Virus record (IMG/VR): IMGVR_UViG_3300009169_000014
Span: 172,741 to 187,070 of that record
Source: a virus
Taxonomy: Duplodnaviria; Heunggongvirae; Uroviricota; Caudoviricetes
DNA: 14,330 nucleotides
Strand: one strand, 5' to 3'
The position numbers and the translations under genes are program-made. Of this stretch, positions 8,463 through 13,425 are shown piece after piece. The notes under the pieces are model-generated. The model saw only the letters and a program-made list of their open reading frames with translations. It was not told the origin of the DNA and ran no database searches. How positions within the stretch are numbered: the stretch's first letter is position 1; each line of letters starts with the position of its first letter.

Positions 8463-8627
8463 TCACTCCTCTTTTGCGTACCTGCGTTGAAAAATACGGT
8501 CATCGCGCAGACCCCGCATCTCGTCGTGTACCTCCGCGTGGCAGTTAAGGCACAGCAGGTCGCACTTTTTGATCTCTGACCGCAGACTCTTATGCGTGTA
8601 GGAAACTTTTGAGAGGCCGATTATCAC
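8463..8627 (-). pseudogene. C-terminal remnant of an HNH endonuclease (54-aa ORF)
   Basis: A GTG overlapping the endolysin stop (GTGA) opens IIGLSKVSYTHKSLRSEIKKCDLLCLNCHAEVHDE. This matches the EIxKCxLLCxNCHxExH tail of phage HNH nucleases. The N-terminal CxxC and the catalytic HH segment are absent. Confidence 0.7.
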
Positions 8628-9115
8628 AAGCCTACGGCGTACTGGAAGTGCATCGCGTCCTTCGTGCCCTTCCAAGCACCGCCCCAGTTCCACCCCTGCT
8701 CCGTGAAGGCTGCGACCCACTCAGGGGGGAGGTCCGTCACGAGGGTCTTGGCGACAGGGTTCTTGTCCCAGTTGACGTCGAAGGCGCAGCCCCAGGAGTG
8801 CGTGCTCAGCGGCTTCGAGGGGTCGTGCATCATGTGCCGGGCGCTGTGGCCTCCCAGCATTCGAACCTTGTACTTGGGAGCCCGCTTGATCGCTTCCTCG
8901 AGGCAGACCTCGAAGATTGGTGCGACGAGACGATGCAGCTGGATGTTGCAGCCCGTTTTGCAGACGTTCCGCAGGACCACCAGGTTGTCTTTCTCCCAGG
9001 TGTCATCGATGTCGACCTCACCCTTGGAGAGCTCGGTGAACTTGAAGTCGCCGTAGCGGGCTTTGAGTTCCTTGAAGCCGTTCGGCGGGATGAACTGGTA
9101 GGGGATGAGGGGCAT
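8624..9115 (-). CDS. M15-family zinc metallopeptidase (L-Ala-D-Glu/D-Ala-D-Ala peptidase type), probable endolysin, 163 aa
   Basis: It carries the motifs GGHSAR...LSTHSWGCAFDVN and GWNWGGAWKGTKDAMHFQY (SxHxxxxAxD...WGGxW...DxxHF). The ATG at 9115 is preferred over the GTG at 9139 because it avoids overlap with the divergent gene. Confidence 0.92.
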   Translation of the reverse strand: MPLIPYQFIPPNGFKELKARYGDFKFTELSKGEVDIDDTWEKDNLVVLRNVCKTGCNIQLHRLVAPIFEVCLEEAIKRAPKYKVRMLGGHSARHMMHDPSKPLSTHSWGCAFDVNWDKNPVAKTLVTDLPPEWVAAFTEQGWNWGGAWKGTKDAMHFQYAVGL

Positions 9116-9133
9116 GACCCTAGAGTATAGGGG
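9116..9133. promoter_or_regulatory. Putative compact bidirectional leaderless promoter
   Basis: The 18-nt gap holds overlapping TAnnnT boxes: TAGAGT (+, 9121-9126, 7 nt before ATG 9134) and TATACT (-, 9129-9124, 8 nt before ATG 9115). Neither gene has a properly spaced SD. Confidence 0.5.
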
Positions 9134-9316
9134 ATGCACTCTGACGAAAAGGCGAGACTTCGACTCATCCGAGAGCTGGAAGAGCGTCGACGGAAGCCCC
9201 GAGGGCTAGGGGACGTCGTTGCGAAGATGACGACGGCGCTGGGTCTCAAGACCTGCGGGGCCTGTCAACGCCGACGAGAAGCGTTGAACCGGCTGTGGAA
9301 GCTCAATCGGGAGTAG
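9134..9316 (+). CDS. Small basic CxxC protein, 60 aa
   Basis: GLGDVVAKMTTALGLKTCGACQRRREALN resembles a GLGD...GIKxCxxCxxRxxxLN motif I recall from uncharacterised phage miniproteins. Confidence 0.75.
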   Translation: MHSDEKARLRLIRELEERRRKPRGLGDVVAKMTTALGLKTCGACQRRREALNRLWKLNRE

Positions 9317-9548
9317 GTTGACACTCGCCGCAGGCGCCCTCGTGCTCCGGGTCTTTCGCAGTCCCGCCGCAACGACCGCAAGTGATCCGGGCCTTCACCG
9401 TCTTCCGTTCGGTTCTCACTTTACCGGGTAAATAGTCAGACGCCTCGAAGAGGCACTTTCCGTCCACGTGCTGGGTCACATCCAGCCCGCAGTTCCCGCA
9501 GGACCGCTGCATCACGGGCATGCGTATCTTGTAGATTCGTTCACTCAC
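9303..9548 (-). CDS. Small zinc-finger protein (C-x2-C-x6-H-x4-C plus a DnaJ-like CxxCxG...CxxC motif), 81 aa
   Basis: It contains CGNCGLDVTQHVDGKCLFEASDY and TCGRCGGTAKDPEHEGACGEC. The GTG start overlaps the upstream gene end by 8 nt. Confidence 0.75.
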   Translation of the reverse strand: MSERIYKIRMPVMQRSCGNCGLDVTQHVDGKCLFEASDYLPGKVRTERKTVKARITCGRCGGTAKDPEHEGACGECQPTPD

Positions 9549-9762
9549 CGGGCGTAACCGAAAAACTCCGAGTAGTCGGAGCCTCCTCTACGATCATCTC
9601 GCAGTCGCAGTCCGCGAGCAGGTGCTCTTGAATCGTTTCTTTCCGGAAGGACGTAGCGTCGAATAGACACTTGTCCTCAACGTGGGTCCTGTGCGGCAGC
9701 TTGCAGTGGCCGCAGCGGTCTTCACAAGCCCCCTGCACCTTTCCCTTCCGGCTGGCGTGCAT
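9541..9762 (-). CDS. Small zinc-finger protein (C-x2-C-x6-H-x4-C), 73 aa
   Basis: It contains CGHCKLPHRTHVEDKCLFDATSF, paralogous to the neighbouring gene. The ATG at 9762 has AGGG 7 nt upstream. Confidence 0.72.
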   Translation of the reverse strand: MHASRKGKVQGACEDRCGHCKLPHRTHVEDKCLFDATSFRKETIQEHLLADCDCEMIVEEAPTTRSFSVTPGE

Positions 9763-9802
9763 GCGCAAACCCTACTCGTTTCTTCGCCCGAAAGCCAGGG
9801 TT

Positions 9803-9820
9803 CTATTAGGGTATCAGGAA
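9803..9820 (+). promoter_or_regulatory. Promoter-like motif, partial copy (TTAGGGTATCAG)
   Basis: It shares GGGTATCAG with the copy at 10263-10271 and lies 13 nt upstream of ATG 9825. Confidence 0.45.
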
Positions 9821-9824
9821 TGAC

Positions 9825-10013
9825 ATGACCCATCTAGACGAAGACGCTGAGAAGTACCTGGCGCAGGCCATCAACCTGCTCAACAAGACGGTCGACGTCA
9901 TCCGCGTCGGCCACCCCTACGCCCACGAGCTTTTAGGGATCATCGAGAAGCTCGAGAACTCGGAGTACATGAAGTGGCTGGCCAAAGCTCGCTACGAGGA
10001 GACCCACAAATGA
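9825..10013 (+). CDS. Hypothetical helical protein, 62 aa
   Basis: An AGGA RBS lies 5 nt upstream, codon third positions are strongly GC-biased, and the stop overlaps the next start (ATGA). Confidence 0.8.
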   Translation: MTHLDEDAEKYLAQAINLLNKTVDVIRVGHPYAHELLGIIEKLENSEYMKWLAKARYEETHK

Positions 10014-10228
10014 AGGCGAAACAGGATGAACTCAGCCGAAGACGGCGGCTCAACAAGGGCCAGTGCCCTACGCACGGTACCGGCCTCGAGCAAACGGGCG
10101 TCGCTACCGACAAACACGGCGTCCCTTTCGCGGACGTCGTGAGCTGCCCCCGGAAGGACTGCGACTACTGGACCGAGGTACGCCCTGGAACGAAGCTTTG
10201 GGACGCCCTCAAGGCCAGCGGAAGTTGA
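10010..10228 (+). CDS. Small zinc-ribbon-like protein (CPTH...CPRKDC), 72 aa
   Basis: The ATG at 10010 overlaps the previous TGA. It has C-x2-H and C-x4-C ligand pairs and is followed by a terminator. Confidence 0.8.
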   Translation: MKAKQDELSRRRRLNKGQCPTHGTGLEQTGVATDKHGVPFADVVSCPRKDCDYWTEVRPGTKLWDALKASGS

Positions 10229-10236
10229 TCGCCGCC

Positions 10237-10261
10237 TAGCCCCCGAAACGGGCTGTTTTTT
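10237..10261 (+). terminator. Rho-independent terminator
   Basis: TAGCCCCCGAAACGGGCTG forms a hairpin followed by T6, starting 9 nt after the stop codon. Confidence 0.65.
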
Positions 10262-10281
10262 GGGGTATCAGACTTTGAGCC
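10256..10281 (+). promoter_or_regulatory. Repeated promoter-like motif TTTTTTGGGGTATCAGACTTTGAGCC
   Basis: Related copies occur at 10976-11002, 11314-11338 and 11695-11718, all intergenic and in the same orientation. Confidence 0.65.
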
Positions 10282-10315
10282 ATAGATCTCTAACCCAGCT
10301 CAAAAGGAAAGAAAC

Positions 10316-10540
10316 ATGCCCCTCAAGAAAGAGACGGTCATTTTCGCGAAGGAATTCTTCATCGCCAGTTGCGCCGTACACCAGCGGGCCTGCCGGGTGG
10401 ATGACCCTGAAAGCACCTTTCGGGCACTGGCGCGATTGAGCTTGGACGCCGCGGTCATCTTCGAGCAGGAGCTCAAAGAGTACACGCCGTTCCCCGAGCC
10501 AGAAACTTCGGATGAGCCGGAGGCGGCCCGTGCCCAATAA
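10316..10540 (+). CDS. Hypothetical protein with an acidic tail, 74 aa
   Basis: An AAGGA RBS lies 7 nt upstream and codon third positions are GC-biased. Confidence 0.8.
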   Translation: MPLKKETVIFAKEFFIASCAVHQRACRVDDPESTFRALARLSLDAAVIFEQELKEYTPFPEPETSDEPEAARAQ

Positions 10541-10919
10541 GCCCGTCTACACGGCGATCTTTCTGGATGAGGGGTCCAAGGAGGCCTTGCTCAAGGCCTT
10601 TCCGCCCCTCCACCCCAAGGTGTTTGGGCACCACGTCACCCTGGTCTTCAAGCCCAACCCCGCCATGGTCCAGGCCTTCGACCCCTACCTCGAGAAAGAG
10701 GTCGAATTCGAGGTCGTTGGGGAGGCTTCCGACGCCCTCGGGCAGGCCGTCAAAGTCGCCCTTCCGGCCCCCTACCCGGACTTGAACCCGGAACAGCTGC
10801 ACCACGTCACCATCTCTTGCGTGAGCAGCCCGGTCTACTCGAACGAGCTGCTCAAACGGGGGTATGGGAAGGCTCCCCAGATCAAGCTCCGGGGGGTCGT
10901 CCGCCACTTTACCAAGTAA
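10530..10919 (+). CDS. 2H phosphoesterase superfamily protein (cyclic phosphodiesterase-like), 129 aa
   Basis: Two HxT motifs (GHHVTLVF and LHHVTISC) are followed by PVYSNELL, reminiscent of the Trl1 CPD-like branch. The GTG at 10530 has GGAGG 6 nt upstream. Confidence 0.85.
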   Translation: MPNKPVYTAIFLDEGSKEALLKAFPPLHPKVFGHHVTLVFKPNPAMVQAFDPYLEKEVEFEVVGEASDALGQAVKVALPAPYPDLNPEQLHHVTISCVSSPVYSNELLKRGYGKAPQIKLRGVVRHFTK

Positions 10920-10926
10920 CGCCGGT

Positions 10927-10955
10927 CCGGGGGCCCCCTAAAAGGGGGTCCCTGG
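10927..10955 (+). repeat. Conserved GC-rich hairpin H1 (CCGGGGGCCCCCT-AAA-AGGGGGTCCCTGG)
   Basis: It is a 13-bp stem with G-U pairs as its only non-Watson-Crick pairs, starts 8 nt after a TAA, and has no U-tract. Confidence 0.8.
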
Positions 10956-10964
10956 AAGGGCCAT

Positions 10965-11002
10965 AAAAGTGATCATTTTTTAGGGGTATGAGTCTTTGAA
11001 CC
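10965..11002 (+). promoter_or_regulatory. Palindrome AAAAGTGATCATTTTT plus promoter-like motif TTTTTTAGGGGTATGAGTCTTTGAACC
   Basis: The palindrome has one mismatch to the perfect 16-bp version at 11303-11318. The motif precedes the AAGGAG RBS of the gene at 11021. Confidence 0.65.
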
Positions 11003-11020
11003 CTAACAAAGGAGTCCGCC

Positions 11021-11257
11021 ATGCTGAAGAACCCTGAAGTGATCGCTCTGAGGTCGAAGCTGCTTAAAGCCCTGAAAGACGACCCTCCCTTTACCGGTTT
11101 CTTGCCGGGGCTGTTTTTCACGATCTGGCTGGCCCGGCGCCTTGTTCCGGTGGAAACAGCTCTCATCCTGCGGATAGAGGAGGCGCTGGGGAACGAAGGT
11201 TTGAGCTTGTGGCTGATCGAGCTCGTGGACGAGAGCGGTGTCGCCGAGAAAAATTAA
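11021..11257 (+). CDS. Hypothetical protein, 78 aa
   Basis: An AAGGAG RBS lies 7 nt upstream. The gene is flanked by the promoter-like motif and hairpin H2. Confidence 0.8.
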   Translation: MLKNPEVIALRSKLLKALKDDPPFTGFLPGLFFTIWLARRLVPVETALILRIEEALGNEGLSLWLIELVDESGVAEKN

Positions 11258-11263
11258 ACGCCC

Positions 11264-11293
11264 TCAGGGACCCTTCTTCGGAGGGGTCCCTGA
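11264..11293 (+). repeat. Conserved GC-rich hairpin H2 (TCAGGGACCCTTC-TTCG-GAGGGGTCCCTGA)
   Basis: It is a 13-bp stem with a cUUCGg tetraloop and one G-U pair, starting 7 nt after a TAA. Confidence 0.8.
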
Positions 11294-11302
11294 TGAATTC
11301 GT

Positions 11303-11338
11303 AAAAATGATCATTTTTACGGTATTAGACTATGAACC
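11303..11338 (+). promoter_or_regulatory. Perfect palindrome AAAAATGATCATTTTT plus promoter-like motif TTTTTACGGTATTAGACTATGAACC
   Basis: It has the same architecture as 10965-11002. Confidence 0.65.
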
Positions 11339-11350
11339 AGGATTCTGTCG

Positions 11351-11479
11351 ATGTCACAGGACAGGTCGCTGTACTGGTCCCTCTTCGTAGTCTACCGGTG
11401 CAAATACGGGAAGAGGGCGGGGATAGCTCGGCAGTTCCTCGATGAGGGCGATAACCCAAAGAGCCTCTTGGAGTCCTGA
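11351..11479 (+). CDS. Candidate 42-aa miniprotein (MSQDRSLYWSLFVVYRCKYGKRAGIARQFLDEGDNPKSLLES)
   Basis: It is below the ORF-track size range. AGGA lies 8 nt upstream, it follows the promoter-like motif, and 33/41 third positions are G/C by hand count. It conflicts with the antisense 79-aa ORF. Confidence 0.4.
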   Translation: MSQDRSLYWSLFVVYRCKYGKRAGIARQFLDEGDNPKSLLES

Positions 11480-11593
11480 ATAGGCCCCGCCGGGCCTTGA
11501 GTGTGTGACCGGCGAAGAGTTCAAGTAAGTCCTCCAGAGAGCCCCTGAACCTGGGGGTGTCGCGGCTAGAGGAAACTGCTTGATCTTGGGCAT
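11354..11593 (-). CDS. Candidate hypothetical protein, 79 aa
   Basis: AAGGA lies 10 nt upstream and the N-terminus (MPKIKQF) is plausible. GC3 is only about 58% by hand count, and it is antisense to the apparent local transcription unit. Confidence 0.4.
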   Translation of the reverse strand: MPKIKQFPLAATPPGSGALWRTYLNSSPVTHSRPGGAYSGLQEALWVIALIEELPSYPRPLPVFAPVDYEEGPVQRPVL

Positions 11594-11634
11594 GGAGTGG
11601 TTGTCCTTAAGGTAGGGGCGGTAGACCCCGTAAC

Positions 11635-11670
11635 GAAAAGTACCCCCTCCGCCGGGGGTGCTTTTCTTTT
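11635..11670. terminator. Rho-independent terminator, probably bidirectional
   Basis: GAAAAGTACCCCC-TCCGCC-GGGGGTGCTTTTC is followed by TTTT on the plus strand. The minus-strand reading is also followed by TTTTCGTT. Confidence 0.75.
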
Positions 11671-11694
11671 GCCTCCGATGATCAAAACCCCCTC

Positions 11695-11718
11695 TTTTTT
11701 GGGTACAAGATCTTGAGG
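11695..11718 (+). promoter_or_regulatory. Divergent copy of the promoter-like motif (TTTTTTGGGTACAAGATCTTGAGG)
   Basis: It has the T-tract, GGGTA, AGA and TTGAG elements, with a TGATCA core at 11679-11684, and lies upstream of the methyltransferase-like gene. Confidence 0.5.
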
Positions 11719-11746
11719 TTCAACTTCACTCAAGAGAGGGGAAAAC

Positions 11747-12622
11747 GTGTCGAAACCAAACCAGTATCCGGGGGAAACCGACGCAAAACGTCTTGCTCGA
11801 CTCGCCGTGTACCGGCGGGTAGAGGCGTTTCAGGCGCGGAACCTTCGGCAGGACAACGCTACTATCGTACTCGCAGGCCCTGAGGCCGGCGATCAAGGGT
11901 GTCTTCAGCATTTCCTCAAGACCCCAGCGGAACAGACGTACTTCGTGGACGTGAAGGAGAAGCAGGGGCTGACCCGAGCGAAGAAGCAGTTCCCCGGTGT
12001 CACGACGTACCTGGGGGACGTCAACGAGCTGCTCAAGGCCAAGCTGGAAGACCCCGCGGAAAAGGCAGCGCTTATCAACCTCGACTTCTGCGGGTATCTA
12101 TCCAAGGAGCGAGAAGAGATCGTAGCGAATGCCGCCCTGTCCCTCGTCGACTGGGGGATGATCTTCTACACCTTCTTTCGGGGGCGCGAATCCAAGGTTC
12201 TTCCCTTCTGGGACGACATCCTTCAGGCCCCCGCGAAGACCATGGACGGGAAACGGATGATCGGTACCGCCCAAGTCATGCAGAAGGCTCTGGGGCCCCG
12301 CTTCATCCTCGTCTTCTCCCTGCGGTACACCGGGGTTACTCCGGTAGGCCCAGGGAAGGTTCGGCTCGGGAGCATGGGCATCCTCGGATTCCAGCGGGTC
12401 CCTGCCAGTGCACAGCAGAGCGCCAACTGGACCCGCATGCTCGCAGCGCCGTCACCGTACGGCGGGTACGTCCCGAGCGACAAGAAGTTGTTGCAGGCGA
12501 ATTTGCGCGTTGAAGCTCTGGCCCTTCGGGACCGCGGCCTCAACTCGCACGAAGTAGGGGCTGTCTTGAACACTAGCCCTGGAACAGTAGCAGCGTGGTT
12601 TGCAAATCAGCACCGGTCGTAG
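11747..12622 (+). CDS. Class I SAM-dependent methyltransferase-like protein with a C-terminal helix-turn-helix, 291 aa
   Basis: The Rossmann-MTase motif order is present: IVLAGPEAGD (degenerate motif I), YFVD (acidic end of beta2), YLGDVNELL (GD) and LINLDFCG (motif IV). The C-terminal ALALRDRGLNSHEVGAVLNTSPGTVAAW is HTH-like. The GTG start has a GAGAGGGG RBS. Confidence 0.75.
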   Translation: MSKPNQYPGETDAKRLARLAVYRRVEAFQARNLRQDNATIVLAGPEAGDQGCLQHFLKTPAEQTYFVDVKEKQGLTRAKKQFPGVTTYLGDVNELLKAKLEDPAEKAALINLDFCGYLSKEREEIVANAALSLVDWGMIFYTFFRGRESKVLPFWDDILQAPAKTMDGKRMIGTAQVMQKALGPRFILVFSLRYTGVTPVGPGKVRLGSMGILGFQRVPASAQQSANWTRMLAAPSPYGGYVPSDKKLLQANLRVEALALRDRGLNSHEVGAVLNTSPGTVAAWFANQHRS

Positions 12623-12671
12623 CAGTCCAACCCGTATGGAAACGCCCTGTAGGGCGAAAAAGGAAATGGCC

Positions 12672-13424
12672 ATGGCCAATGGAGTGACTGGATTGTCAGG
12701 AAAGAACTGGGGCGAAGAACTGGCGAATCAACGGATCGACTTTCTCGGAACGGAACTCAAGAATGGGGGCCGTGGTCTGACCTTCAGTGAACTCCGGGAT
12801 CTGACCGTCGAGAAAGTTCCGGGGGGCCCTCGGATGTCGGAGAAGCTTGTCAAGAAGGTCGTGTACGGCGTCATGACGACCGGCAAGGTTCCGATGACGG
12901 CGAAGAGCGCCTGGGAAACGTTGCTTCCCACAGGGAATGGGGCGCGCAAATGGGAAGAGGAGCGGGAGAAGGCGCGCCTCTCCTTCCTGAGTCAGAAGGA
13001 CTCCCGAGCTCGATACAGCCAGAAGATCAAAAAGCTGGGGGTGAAGACGCTCTCGGAGGCTGGGGTGAAGCTCTGTAAGCGTGGGCACGAGCGCACGCCG
13101 GACAACGTCAGTAAAGGCGGCGGCTGCAAGAAGTGCAGCTCCATGCTGGCACAGGCGCGGTACGGCAAGGCCCCTCGGAAAGCGAAGAAGACGGTCTCCG
13201 AGGCTCGCATGGAGTCGTTCGAGGTCCTGCCGGAGAACATCCGGCGGAAGATGGCGGTGGCGCCCGGCGAGATCGCCGAGTCCGTGCTGCTCCAGGTGGA
13301 CAAGCTGCGGAAGCTGATGGAGCTCCAGCAGTACAGCCGCATCGAGATCGTCATCACGGGCGAAGGACAGCCCGCTGTCATCAGCATCCTGCCCGCGGCT
13401 ACCCCCATCGTGGTACACCGGTAA
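12672..13424 (+). CDS. Basic putative DNA-binding protein with a C-x3-H-x12-C-x2-C zinc motif, 250 aa
   Basis: The ATG at 12672 has AGGA 7 nt upstream, avoiding overlap with the previous gene. It contains CKRGHERTPDNVSKGGGCKKC at 13074-13136 and is Lys/Arg-rich. Confidence 0.75.
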   Translation: MANGVTGLSGKNWGEELANQRIDFLGTELKNGGRGLTFSELRDLTVEKVPGGPRMSEKLVKKVVYGVMTTGKVPMTAKSAWETLLPTGNGARKWEEEREKARLSFLSQKDSRARYSQKIKKLGVKTLSEAGVKLCKRGHERTPDNVSKGGGCKKCSSMLAQARYGKAPRKAKKTVSEARMESFEVLPENIRRKMAVAPGEIAESVLLQVDKLRKLMELQQYSRIEIVITGEGQPAVISILPAATPIVVHR

Positions 13425-13425
13425 A

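Noticed and set aside
5551-8579. Plus-strand ORFs such as 5551-6180, 6477-7031 and 8034-8378
   Set aside because: They are antisense to well-supported, tightly coupled minus-strand genes, and I saw no recognisable motifs in them.
8628-8720. N-terminal extension of the HNH-like ORF (track ORF 8463-8720)
   Set aside because: It lies in an alternative frame of the endolysin, is not HNH-like, and does not restore the missing catalytic region.
10473-10907. Minus-strand 144-aa ORF
   Set aside because: It is the antisense shadow of the 2H phosphoesterase gene, which has an RBS and catalytic motifs.
12600-12671. Longer N-terminus of the 250-aa protein, and a small CGCCC-TGTA-GGGCG hairpin
   Set aside because: The upstream start overlaps the MTase gene and lacks an RBS. 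The 5-bp hairpin has no plus-strand U-tract and is too weak to call a terminator.
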